Positions 12,851 through 26,917 are shown, counted from the first letter of the whole stretch. The stretch is 58,984 nt of DNA, filler included, from Sluysia triapertura (GCA_046118255.1; 5 parts of 5 records of this genome joined end to end with filler, not necessarily neighbours in it), one strand, 5' to 3'. The notes: a model not told the origin generated them from the letters alone. Translations and numbers: made by a program.

Positions 12851-14769
12851 TAAAAAATATAATGATTGCAAAAAAATATACTTAAACGTAATAATTTTCT
12901 TTGATTTATTTTAAAATATATTTTTCTCAACACTATTTATTTTACGTTGATTTTGCAACAAATAAATGTAGTTTAACTTAACAAAAAATTGACTAACGTG
13001 ACTTTGATAACTGGAATTATGGAAATTTATATCTGGAAAGATGACTGTCGTAGGTAAAGAAACTTGTCTGAGAGAATATGGTTAAACGTGTACAATAAGT
13101 ATTAAGGCTACGATCTGTTGTTGCTTTTTTTATATTATTTATTTGACGTGTCAATTAAAACAAAATTGAAATATTTAATTTTAAAAGTTTGTAATAATTT
13201 TAAAAACAGTCAATTTTTTGTCACTTTTTTATTTTATTAAAAAATTAAAAAAATAGTATTTAGTAAAGTTATAGAAAACAAAGATATTAAACATTGTACT
13301 AACATTAATGATTACTATTTTGATTTTATTATATTTTAATAAATAATTTTTTGATTTTTGAAGATATTTCAAACAGTATAATAATAATAAAAGATAAAAT
13401 TTACAACATTTAAGTTGCTTTTGATAAATATGTATATATGTAAATTATAAATTATAAATTATAATTTTAAAATGTAAAATGTCATCAATATAATTAATTT
13501 TTTAAATTAAGTACTTAAATAAATAAATTAAGTATTATTAAAAAACTGATTGTAATAGGAAACATTTTAAGTGTACTTGTTAAAAGCATTAACTTATGAA
13601 CAATGTCTAATTAAATTATATTTTAGAGATTTATTTATTTATTAAATTAAAATTATAGTTTTAGAATAATTTAGGTAAAATGAAAATATAGATTATTTTT
13701 AAATTATTTTAATTTCTGCAGAAATTTAATATTGTATTAGTAATTGTTATAAATTATGAAAATGTAAAATAATTGTTTAATTGTTTATTTATTTAAATTA
13801 TAATTTACTTTTAAAAAATAAATCAGTAACTGATAATTTTAATTTACATCAGATTTTTTTAGATAATTGTTTATTTTAAGACTAGTTTAATAACAGTTTA
13901 CTAGAATTTATAATTGCATTATTATCTGTAAATTAATTTAAATTAAAAAAGAAGAAACACGTAATAATAATGATAATAATAAAAATAATAATAAAGTTTA
14001 ACTAAGCTTTTTATATTATGATTTAATTCTTTATTTAATAAAGTATTAAATAATTTAAAACGGGAATTGGATGAAGAATAAATTTTAAGTTTTAATAATT
14101 CCGCTTATAATAATATAAAACATTTTTGAAAATTTACATTAAAAGTTAAATTATATTTGTAAGGTATTTGAAATTAATTAACCGTAAATTAAAGTAATAA
14201 TAATAGGAAAAAATTTAAAAAATGAAATAAATCTAAAAAATTTTAATTTACAAAATGAAATTAAAATATTGTCGAATGTAGATGGAAATTTCCACCCTAA
14301 GCCCTCCCAACTCCCGGGATTAGGGGGAAGTTGGTTTACTCAGACACGTTTAATGTGAAATGGTGTATATTATTGGTTAAAGTGAATATTATATTAAATG
14401 TGAATCTGGTGTCAATTAAACAGAAATTGAATTTTTAGTTTTTATTTATATGATGTTTATTGTATCTGCCTATGTATGGATCTTATTGTACTTGTAGGGT
14501 ATTTGCACGAGTTTTATTCTAAGTTCTAAAAATCGATTTTAATGGTCAGCTAATCTATTGAAGATATTTAGTATGCAAGGATTCGTCAGAATTATCGTTA
14601 GTTTAAATTCATTTAAGTTTGACGAAAGTTTTAACTTCGTTGCAAAATAGACTTAAATTTTATCCATCTTTTAATTATATTGAAGCAAATTTCGTTATAA
14701 ATTTAAGCTATATTAATAACCATAAAGGTTGTAATCTTGAAATATATTTGTTTTCTTTTAATTTAAATT

Positions 14770-15120
14770 TATTAATTTATTTTTTGTTGAATATAAATAA
14801 GTTAATCATATTATTTTATTAAAAGTTAATAAATTGATCGCTTTATCGTAGCATTAATTTATATAGTTTAAATTTCATCTAAAATCTACCCGTTATTACT
14901 GAATTAAATATTGAATCTTACATATCCTACTTAATTGGAATCACACGCAAAATCATTATTCAAAAGATCTTCATTGCAGGAAGACAAAAAATAAATTATT
15001 GACAATGGACATTAACCTCTAAAAAATTAGAAGAATTTATCAACCCTAATAAATAATCTTATTTTATACGTCAGTTACGTGTTAGCTCTTAACTGAGTAA
15101 GACTAACATCGTAAGGAACT
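14770..15120 (-). repeat. Right arm of the inverted duplication
   Basis: attttatacgtcagttacgtgttagctcttaactgagtaagactaacatcgtaagg; see the left arm. Confidence 0.75.
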
Positions 15121-16046
15121 AAGTTAAATTTATCCATTTTTATTAAAAAAGAGAAAAATTTTATAATAAGATTACCTAACTTTTGGATATGGAATAAGTA
15201 AAATGGACGTGTGAAATAAAGTTGGTACAAAACAATAGACAAAACATTACTGAAGTAAGAATGATGAAGATAAAAGCATTTATAGTTATATTAAGAATAT
15301 TTTGAGATCATTTATATTATTTTGAAAACGCTTTTAGTCAAATTTTAAATAAATATTAAATTTTTCATATTCAAAATGAGAAAATGAAAATTATTTGAAT
15401 ATTTAGATTACTTCTATGAAAGAGAATAATTTAGAAATGAATTTGAATGATAATGTAATGTTTTTTGTGAGAATAAAAGCTTTAAAAGTTTTTCATTAAA
15501 AAATTGAGTGTGAATAACGGAAAATCAATCAAATTCTAAAAAAGACTAAATTCATTATTTTAACAGTAATAATTGCTATTTTAGAGTGATGTAAAGTTTT
15601 GAAGTTAAAAGTAATGTAACGTTTTGAAGTTAAAAGTTTAAAGTTCAAGTCCGAAAATTAGTTCTAAGTCTAAAATTAATGAACATAAAACTGATAAACA
15701 TAAATTTAATTAAACATAAATTTAAAACTAATTATTTATTTCAAATTTTAAAATAATATTTTATTGGAAAATTAAATATTTCATTATTTTATTGGAAATT
15801 AAATATTTTATGTCATCTTCCAAATCAGTAAGTTTAGATTATTTCTAATATTTTATTTTATGAAATTTTTATTATTATTTTAACATTTATTATTTCTATA
15901 TAGAAATTATTTATTATAAAATTATTATCAAATCTAATTTATAAATTATCATAAATTTAAAAGTAATTTTTCTATTTTGTTTAAATAAACTGACCCTAAC
16001 AAACAAACAAAAACTAGTATAAATAGGTTAACATTTTTACAAACAA

Positions 16047-16102
16047 GACACAATATTCTGATACAATATTTTGACACAATATTTTTACACAATATTTTGA
16101 CA
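16047..16102. repeat. 13-bp tandem repeat (gacacaatatttt, ~4 copies) downstream of TATAAATA
   Basis: Direct reading. Confidence 0.85.
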
Positions 16103-18989
16103 AAGTTTTTTCAAAACTATTATTACGTTTTCGGCTACGAATTCTTTTTCAAGAGAAGATTTTCAAACAGTACTAGAAGTCCACGATTGTTCAAACATTA
16201 AATTATTGAGGAATCACAAAAGATTTGTTTGTTACCGTTAGTTTCTTATTATTAAGTTAATTGCAATTCTTTATTAATTGCTGAGCAAATTTTACTCAAA
16301 ATACAATTTGATAAATTGGGCTTTCTTTTATTGAAAGCCGAGCAAAATCCTTTTAAATTATATATAAAGATTATCGTTATTATAATCTGTTTCAAATCCG
16401 TTATTAGTTTTTATATATTTGAATACTTTAATTTTAAAATACGCATTTGATTAATATAATTTAGATATTTTAGTTGTTTTTAATTTGATTGTTCAGGTTC
16501 TAGAACGAACCTTAGTAAAATCGTTAAATTTGATAAGGGTTCATTTAATTTGAACCCAAGTAAACTATTCATTAACGGTTTGTATATTCAAACCAAAGAA
16601 AAATCAAAAACATTATAGGTTTTTAAAATATCATTAAAATCAAATATAAAATTCATTTCCCCTAACTTACTACTGATATTATTATTAAATTATTAAATTG
16701 ATATTTTATTTGATTTTTTGATTCGAATAACATTTAAATCCTCCTTAAATCTCAACTTCAACTATCAATATTCAATTGAGCTTTGTGACCTCCATTTTAC
16801 TTTTTACATTAGGAAAATCCAACGGTTGGCCATTCAGTCCAATACGTTGGTGGACTCACTAGTTTTAAGTTTTATTCTCTATTCTTACACTTTTCCTACA
16901 TAGTTATAAAAATATAAATTTTAAAATATAAAGACTCAGGATTTCTCCTGGATAAAATAAACTTTGGATTTTGAGTAAGATTTTGACTCAGGCGAATGCT
17001 TGAGTTTTTTAAAATAAATTAATGATTTTAAGGCAAGATATTTATGCTAAGACCTTACAAAAATTAACATACTTATTCATAGAAAATTTCTTGATCATGT
17101 ATTTCTTCAAACGAATAGTCTTGGTTAATTAGTAATCCCTGAATATATTTATTGTCGATTATAGTTGATTCCACTAAAGAATTTCCAGTAACTCCAAACG
17201 AATTAGTATCAATGTAAAATAACCTTCCTAGTTGTTGCGGTTATTGTTGTGTCCCCTCGTTACAATATTAAACCTTTTTGGTTTGTTGGTTGTTACCACT
17301 GAGATGACACTGATTATTTATTCCGTTTTTTCTGATGAATAATGTAATGTTTAAAGTTTTTTCCGTTGTAATTATTTATTTAAAATAATATAATAATATA
17401 TAATCCATTTTCGTAAACGATTTTTTGACTGAATAAATATTTATTCAAAGTTTTTTTTCGATAAAATAAATAATATTATTAAGTTATTTTAATGTAAATT
17501 TTAAAGTCTAAAATTAATTATTAATTAAATTTATATTTTCAATTTAATTTAATAATTACAAAAATTTTCAAATTAAATTTACATATTTACAAAATATTTT
17601 CGAATCAAATTTTCATATTTACAGGTCGATCATCTAAATAGCTATGTGCCAGTTTTGTGCTACGAGAGATCTTCGCTATATTTCATTAATTAGATATCGT
17701 AAGTTTTATTTAGTAAGTTCCACCATTAGTTAAACTAATGAATAAAATCAAACTCCAAATCTCAATTTGTTTTTGCGCTAGATTAATTCTAGCCATAAAA
17801 TCATTATTAAAATTTAAAGTTAACTAATAGGAATTTAAACTTAGCTAAGAGTAATCCTAGAGCAGCGCTTTCTATAGGAATATAAAACGTTGGCTTTAGG
17901 CGAATTCTGAGATGCAATATTATTTAAGAGTTAGACAAGATAAGATGCACTTGTGCTATTTAATTAAAATCTTACGACTCTATTAAAAATGAGTCTTTGA
18001 AAACGTAAAAGTTGATTTTTCATATTTCAAAAAATTTTGAAAAAATTTAAATAATCCTTTGGATTGTACAAGTCTCTTAAAATCAATATACTAATTAATA
18101 TTTCCAATTAGAATATTTACAATTTAGAATATTTACATAATATACAGGGATGAATAGTGTAAATATTTATCAAATTAAAGACAATAGCTTCAGTTGTATT
18201 ACTTTGATTTTTATGAATATTTTACGAGTATCTTTAAAATGCCTCTTGAAAATCAATTATTACAAAGATTTGACTGAGCTTTTTAAAATGTGCTTCTTAG
18301 TAATAAACGAACCTAACAGAAGTTTGTTATAAATGATCAATAATATTGCTCCTTGATACAATGGGATGAATAAAAATAATAAATTTATTGTCGTTCAAGA
18401 TACATATATTTTGGAAAACTTTTCAAATATTTAAACCGAATAAAAATTCCTAACTTCAATTATTCGTGTTAAAATCTTGTCACTGTAATGATTTAATTTT
18501 AAACTCTTCGTCTGTTGAATAGAAATGTAGTTATGCATCTATTGGTAAAATATCGCTCTAATTCTCACTATGAATATCGCTTTATGAGTCAATCGATTGT
18601 ATTATTAATTAAAAATGTGGCATTAATGGGCTTAAATCCAAGCTTATTGATGCGATATGCATCTTCGTTTTCTAGTTTTTGCTTATGACTTTATATGTCA
18701 TTTTATTTAGTCTCACGTCGGTTTTCGACTTTAATTAGTATTGAAATTTAATCTTTTACTGATAATTCTTTTTCTTAATAAGTTTAATTTTTATTTAAAC
18801 TAATAAATTAATAGCTACACAATTAAATTAAATTGTATATTTCTTGGCTTAAAACCAATTAAATTTGAATTCAATTTTCATAGATTAATTATATACAATT
18901 TTTATAATTTAAACTTACGTTATTGTGCTTATTAAAAATATTTTTATTCTGTAAAGTTCAATATTAAAAAACAAAAAAACAAACAAATT

Positions 18990-21915
18990 AATCAAATGCC
19001 ATTAAACGCCATTAAACGCCATTAAAGATCTCAAGTTATTATATGTACTAATAAATCTGACCTTCATTTAATACAGTTTCAAGATAGCAATTGTGATGTC
19101 TAAAGAAGATTTTCCTATTTTGCGTGAATCATATATATGAAAATTCTAGTGATTTATTATAAATTATCACTTGGATTTTGTAGTGAAGTTTTATCAAGCA
19201 TAACTCACATACCTCTGGTTTAAATTGTTTCTAAAACAGCTGGATCTTTATGTGAACTTTGGATAAGTTTTGGAGGCGTCGAATAATTAATTCACAGTCC
19301 ATCCACATGTTACTATTATTAATGTTGTACAGCTCTTTTATAATTCACCATGAGTTTCTAAGCAATTGCACGAAAAATATAAATTATAATAAATCATTCA
19401 AAACATTATATATTCTAATTAATCTAGAGCAACAAATCGAAGTTTACATATTGCTTTCATTCATTTACATGTACCTTGTAAAAATATCGATGTTAACGTT
19501 CATTCGATCAAATCTGAATCAAGAAATTATTGTTAAAAATATAATTAAAAGCTTTGGAAATATTATTATCTGAGTCATCAGAAAGTTTCCTACAAATAGT
19601 TTCCAGATCTTTAAATAGAGTGTTGAATTTTTTGAATACCACTTAAGTACTTCTGAACTACAACTTACAAGAAGACTTCCAGTAATTTTAATTTAAATTA
19701 ATTTTAGAAAAATGTGTAAATTTAGAGGTGTTTAATCTTGATAATCTAAATGAAGCTTACGAAGTATCAAAATGTAATAAATTAAAATTAAAACTATCAA
19801 CAAAATCCGTTATTATACTAACTATTGAACAAAATGTCTAAGTTTTCATCTAAGTAAAACGAATTTTCAATAAACTTCGATATCAATTTAAACTTATTAT
19901 TCAATTTGGTTACTTCAGATTAAATCTCTAAAGCCAAATAATTTAACAGATCTAATACAGTATAAGTTATGTATATATCAATTAAGTCTAGGTCGATTGT
20001 AAAAAGGTTAGAATCAAATACAAGACAATTGTTGTAACAAGACCTGATCATTTGATACATTCTATTTTCCGGTTTTTTCAACAGTTTAGTGAGTTTTTTT
20101 ATTTAAACTGTATAAAAATCACGTAAAAATTAATAATTTAACTTGAGGGGTAGATCATATCCTATTCAAATTAAAATACAAAAGTTTTTGTGTATGTTTA
20201 CGTTTAATAATAAAATTACGATTATTTTTAAAGTAATGTTATGATCATTCCTGCCATTTTCGACTAACTAGTATTAGGGTTGAAATAAACCTTCACTATT
20301 CTTTAAAACTAGATAAATATTAACAGAATTTATCTATACAACAATCGAAAATAGATTAATAAATATCACTTAACTATTAACATTTAAGAATCTTCATCAC
20401 AAAGCGATCAACGATCATTATAACTTAGACCAAAGATACGCTGGATATAAGGTTAAATCCAACAACTTCAAAGTTTTATGACTTATAATAGTAATAGTTT
20501 TGTTGTAAGCTTCGAACGCTCCATAAATGAGATTGCTTCAGGTTCAAAGATATCTATTAGGTTTAATTTCAAATTATCGCATAATTTAACATCAATTGTA
20601 TATAATTTGGCCATGTATTGATATTCAATGTATTCTTAAAATTATTATTTCCCTTGATGTCGGACTCTTTTCTGATGAATTCGTATTGCAGAATTTATCT
20701 TATTTAAATGAAGTATTTCTTGTTTTGAGTCCGCCTATAGTGAGCGGCTTAAATAGGAAAATTTTCTTAAATAAAGAAGGGTCTAAATCGATTTTAATAA
20801 TTTAGTGTAAATGATTTAATACTGCTTTGTGATTTATTAACTGAATTAATAATTTTAGGAAAATATTAACAATTAACTTGAAAAAGATTTTTAAAGGTTT
20901 TTCAATAATAATTTTGACAAATTTATAAACAATATACATGGATTAAGAAAATTAGAAGGTAACTCATATAAATTATTGATTGATAATATATTATCTTAAT
21001 ATATTAAAATTATTTGTTAAATCTTGTGAATAATCAACAATTTTATGGTCAGATAAGTTTAATTTAGTAACTATTTGTATTTTAATAAAACATTTTTTCT
21101 TCAGATAGTATATTTAAAGCCAAAACTATGTAACATGTTTAATTCATGTAAATTTAATAATTTTAGTAACTATAGTAGGAAAATCGTTAATAACCTAAGT
21201 GATAAATCAAATCTAACCATATAGAAATATTCATAAATTTGACTTGATATGAATTTTAATTTATGACGACTTAAATGTATATGTTTAAAATTTTAAAAAT
21301 GTCATAGGTAAATGATTCAAATTGTTATTCGTGCAAATGCAGCTTTCAAACACTTCTAAGTTATGATGAGAATTCGGAAAAAGATTTAAATGTATATTAC
21401 TACAATAAATTTCTATAAAATTTTTAATATTAACTAAGCTTTCATTAATAAATTTTATTCTATCGAAGAAAATATTTAAATAAATTAATCTAATAAAATT
21501 AAATATAAATATATGAATTAAATTCTTTAACATTATGACTAAATATTTTTTGATAAATCAGATTCGAGAGATTTGATAATTCAGTTACACTTGATTTTAA
21601 TTTATTATGAAATAAATCCAGTCACTAAAAATTTTGAAAATAGTAAACATTTATCAAATGTGGTTACAATGTTATTAAAAAATAAATACTTAAGATAGGT
21701 TAAAACAATTAAATCACTTGGAAGGTTTTTTGATTTGTTATTAATTAACTTTAGTGCTTCTGAGCTACTTTGTCTCTCTAGGTTCTGTTTAATAAATATT
21801 AATATACCATTTCCGTGATATGTAAAAATAATTACATTCTTTGACACCAAAATATTATTAAATTCATACCATTCATTAGCGTTTATAACAAGATCAATAA
21901 TTTCACCATTAGTAC
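18990..21915 (-). pseudogene. Long decayed intronless coding region; possible endogenous negative-strand RNA virus (bunya-like) L polymerase fragment
   Basis: Chain of minus-strand ORF fragments without splice structure. Weak colinear motif resemblances: SKFLVTGFIS..SSVTELI, IHLSRHK..ISSQIYEY, LSDHKIVDYSQDL, KPLTIGGL. Catalytic SDD not found. Confidence 0.3.
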
Positions 21916-23212
21916 TTTAATTAATTAATAATGTATAATAATTATAACTATAATAATAATATTCATAGACAATAATAGCGATAAAAAGTAATAATAATAA
22001 AATAATAGTAAAAACATAATCATAAGACTTATAATAATATCCTACTTACAATTGTAAATAGGTAATTATTATTAAAAATTGTTTTTTGAAAAAAATAATA
22101 TTAATTATAAATACTAATCGTGTTAATACAAATAATAAAGTACTAGAAGTTTTAGAAATATTACAATGCATGGATTATTTCCTTACTTTCAACATCTGTT
22201 CGTGTTTGGCAGTATGTGATAAGTATAAATAACACCTAAGATTAGTGATAGCTCAAAAAATATTTAAATCGAAAGCATTTTAACAAAAATTATATTCATC
22301 TACATTCATATACAACACGAATATAAATAATAAGAATAATATTGAGTATAAACAATAATAATAGAGATAAAATGCGAAGATAAAATAATAATAATAAAAT
22401 ATGAAAAAGAATGGAAAGATTTAAATATGTAGTATTCGTATTCGAACAATAAAACAGATTTGAAAGCTACTACAAAATTGAGAAAATTCTACCTGTAAGC
22501 AAGGAATCTTACAAAAATAAACTTACGTAAAATTATAAAAGTGAAATCTCGAAAGATTCGCTTGTTGCATCCAAAATTAAATAAACCAATTTCTCAATAA
22601 ACTGGACGAAAGACGAAAATTTGTAGTGTACGATCAAAACTGGAGTAGCTCGTACGTAACTCGTGATTAACAACAGAATATTTACTAGGTTGAAGTTGAG
22701 ACTCGCAAACAGCGATTGAAATACCACTGATCAGAAACGAAAAATGAATAGTGACGCATATCGAGTAGAGTTTATAATTTTTCTTTGAGATATATTTATT
22801 AAATCAAATTTGTTTTCGTTGTGAAAAGTGTTAATAACATGCTAATATGCCAAAATTTTTTAAATTAAGCATGGCGTGTTGTTTAATAAAGAATCACGGG
22901 AATATGTCATAAAAATAATATTTTCATTTTGTATTATTATTGGCGCATACGCCCTAAATAAAAATACAATGAATTATGGGCACACGCCTTTAAAACGAAT
23001 TATTATTTTACAGTCATTTTATTCTATTTTACAGATCTGGCTGTAAGTATCATAATCGTAGGATCAAAGGTTTATTCGGTAGAAACTTCTGTCGGTAGAT
23101 TTATAATTTACAATGTTTTATATTTTCTGATTTTAATAATTTCAAAATTAAATCTTTTGTATGCTATCTAACTATTAGTCATAGCCTACTGGACCCAACG
23201 AATGAATAATTA

Positions 23213-23213
<1 letters not shown>

Positions 23214-23270
<57 letters not shown>

Positions 23271-23289
23271 GCTACTACTACTACTACTA
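23214..23289. repeat. (CTA)n microsatellite at scaffold end
   Basis: Direct reading. Confidence 0.95.
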
Positions 23290-23389
23290 NNNNNNNNNNN
23301 NNNNNNNNNNNNNNNNNNNNNNNNNNNNNNNNNTTAATTAATTAANNNNNNNNNNNNNNNNNNNNNNNNNNNNNNNNNNNNNNNNNNNN
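23290..23389. other. Artificial scaffold spacer
   Basis: 44N-TTAATTAATTAA-44N. Confidence 0.97.
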
Positions 23390-23465
23390 TAATTTTTAAA
23401 CTGTGCCGCCAAATTTTGAAATCTTTAAAATAGTGCCGCAACAAAAAAAAGGCTGAGAATCACTG
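23390..23465. mobile_element. hAT (Charlie/SPIN-like) terminus
   Basis: Subterminal gtgccgc repeats and the end aaaaaggctgagaatcactg are typical of Charlie-type TIRs. Confidence 0.6.
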
Positions 23466-24964
23466 ATCTAGATAATGAACGATATTTTGCATTAATATAG
23501 TGATTTTTCCGTTTTATTTATTATGGCCATTAGCATAATAACCATAGTAACATTCTATTTTTCTATAACAATAACATAAATATATGTATGTATTATTCGT
23601 CAGAGAAACATGACTGAGAAATTTTTTCCATTTTCTATAGTAATTTCTATATAATTCTTTTGTTATGGCCACTATTCCTTATGTATTTTATTCCATGTAT
23701 TACATTATCTACAATTTTTTTCAATGTGCATTTCATTTCCATGACAACTTAGCAAGATTGTGTATTCTTCCTCCATTTTATGATTACTATTATTCGTGAA
23801 TTGAGTTTATTCGCTTTTCTTAAAATTTTCATTTTCATTTTCATTTATATTTATTTTAAATAACATTTTTATTTGTAATTTGTATATTTTATTGAAATTT
23901 AAATATTATTATTCAAATCTATTCAAATCTATCATTATATAATTTTTTTAATTTCAATTTTATAAGAATCCTATAAAATACGTATTGTGAAAAATAATAG
24001 CAATAATTGAATTTACAGATTTATGAAAATGTTTCTATTTTTATACATTTAAATAATCATGAATAATTTTAAATAATTTTAATGTGCCATCATCGTGAAG
24101 ATCGAAGAGTGTGAAAAAATATTTTTATCGCACAGTGTGTCAGCATCGTTTTGATATATATTTCTCTACTATTTACATTAAATTTTATACGCTAAAAGTG
24201 ATAGTAATATAAATAATAAGCGAATTAATTTATATAAATATTCTCAATCTTTAGTACGTGAAATTAAAGTAAAAGTGGCTATTCTACTAAAGTTTAGATA
24301 ATTAATAAGAAAAGATGCCACACCTTAAAAATATTAAATATAAACTAATATGTAATATGTAATTTTTAAAAATAATAAATTTTAAGTTTATTGGAACAAA
24401 TATGTTTATATTATTCGCACTTTGTTACATATCTGAATATTATATGAATTTTAATGATATCGACAATTTAGACTAATTCATGAATTTTCACTTAATTGGT
24501 CATGAAGTTTTAATTTTCAATCTAACTATTTTTCTTAATCATTTGGGAAATAAAGAATAAATCTAAATTAAATAAAATATTCGAAATAGATTAATCCGAA
24601 TGATTTTAACCTAAATATTAAAAAACGTTTATGTTAATTGCAAAATAGAAATATTTATTATTACACTATAATATCAGGAAAAGAAGGTATTATTTTGATA
24701 TGATTTATGATAACGACAACGGAAAATATAAATAATTTCGATATAACATCTTATGTTATAATAATAATAGTAATAATAATAATAATAAGATAATTGATAG
24801 CTTTGTAGCTTAACGTTTTCTAAATACACAAAGAATTTCAATGCACTGGAGCTTATGACGTATTTAAATTGAAAATAAAACTCATTCTGATTAAGATATA
24901 TTAAGACGAATACTATGTAATAAATGCCTTTGAATATTTATTTCGTTGCATATATTGACGCCGA

Positions 24965-25008
<44 letters not shown>

Positions 25009-25640
25009 CTTTAAATAATACGAATTTTTTAAATTTAAAGTAACCCCCTACTTAAACGAAATAAAACGAATAGTTATAATTCATCTTCAGACAATAATAA
25101 AGCAAATTTATAAGTTATTATTGTTAAATGTCAAATTTAAAGTTGTAAATATTAATAAATTTGAAATGTCTGTAAGTACCAATTATGTATAATATATTTT
25201 TAAGTGTGACCAGTTGTCATTAAAAATTGTTTACTGTAAACAGATGTGTTATCTTTTATTTTTAAACTTTTTTCTATAATTGTTTATATATATATAATAA
25301 TAATTATATATATATATATAATAATTTTATGTTTTTTGTTATCTTTATTAATATATTTTAATAAAACATGAATTTAATTCCCAGTAATAGCGACAAAATA
25401 ATTGTGTCTTGTGAGTGAGTGAAGAAAAATTAGAAAATGTTTTAATGGAAATGGAAATTATAAGATTTGTTACAAACAAACAATTATAATATTTGATATC
25501 ACATTCATTGAATATGCCATTTTAGGTTTAACATTAATCAAACTTTGATTTATATGTAAAATTAATATTTTCTCACGACCTGACATGACAAAAATTAAAA
25601 TAATAACAATTATAATTAAAATGAAAATAATTAGTTAAAT

Positions 25641-25645
<5 letters not shown>

Positions 25646-25706
<61 letters not shown>

Positions 25707-25833
25707 TAATAATAACAATATAAAAATATAAAAACAACTAATATATAATGACAAAACTTATTATTAAAAAAGAAATTTACTTAATAATAATAATAATAAA
25801 AGTGATAATAAAAATAATGTTAATAACAATAAT

Positions 25834-25864
<31 letters not shown>

Positions 25865-25920
25865 GTTAATAATAATAATAAATAATAATAATAATAAAAT
25901 AATAATAATAATAATAATAA
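25646..25920. repeat. (AAT)n-rich intronic tract
   Basis: Direct reading. Confidence 0.9.
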
Positions 25921-25921
25921 C

Positions 25922-26002
25922 AGTATAATATTTCAGTTGTGCATGGATTTCTGATAAAATTGGGTTTCCTTTCATAAATTCTTTTACTTTTGTGTTAATT
26001 TC
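25922..26002 (-). CDS. DNAH5: Axonemal dynein heavy chain exon (EINTKVKEFMKGNPILSEIHAQLKYYT)
   Basis: ttattcag| acceptor, |gttatt donor, phase 0/0. Resembles the DNAH5/8 tail segment F...NP.LSE...Q..Y. DNAH5 vs DNAH8 is not resolvable. Confidence 0.75.
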
Positions 26003-26917
26003 CTGAATAATATATTTATTATAATGATAATAATAATATTAATATTAAATTTTGTAAAAATGTGTATTAGTTTGTGCTTGTTAAAATTAATTTTTCACTT
26101 CTATTATAATGAAAAGAAGATATTTACAGAAAACATTTATGCTGATTTAAAAATTGAGTATCTCAAATTTTAACAATGTTTTAACAAATAAGTCATATCC
26201 GTCTCTTACACAGCTTTTAGATGTTTTATGATAAAATTTATTTTCGACTATACATTTCTTTTAGAATTTTATGCTGTTTTCGAAAGTACATCCAGAGCCT
26301 ATAAGCTTTGAAGTGGTTCCAAGTAACTGCTCTTTACAAAATCGACATAGATTGGATGACCTGAGAACAAGAAAATGATGCTCTTCAAAAACTCTTTAAA
26401 TCAAATCAAAAACAGTCTTAGGAAATACTTGGTGTTTGAGTTACACACAATTTGGGATTAGAGTAGAAGCTTCTAAGAGTCTCAAATATAAAACCAAGAT
26501 GTGCACTTTATGTTAATAAAATGTTGCCCCAAAAACAGTGATTTTCTATGAATCAACCAGCTAAACTAAAGCTTTTTTATTTTCGGAATATCGTCTTAAG
26601 CGAAGAAAATGTTGTAAGTTCGACCAGCATTGATCAAAGATGCAATTTTGTTTTATGACTATACAAGACCATATGAAACTGCAGAACTCCAGTTACAGTT
26701 CCAGATACCGTTCCACCAGATTATGGAAGATAGTTTTTAAAAAACTTTTTCGAAACTAATATTTCTAGTAAGTACGTCTTCGAGCTAGTAAGTCCGATTT
26801 ACGTTTCTTCTGCTTACTTTTTGATTTCAGAACATTATTACTCTTGTTTTTATATTTACTAATATATTTTAGATTTTATTTTCAGATTATACAAAATTAA
26901 AAATTAAAGAAAAAAAC

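Noticed and set aside
17625-17698. Exon-like segment with good AG and GTAAGT sites
   Set aside because: Stops in all three frames; no supporting neighbours.
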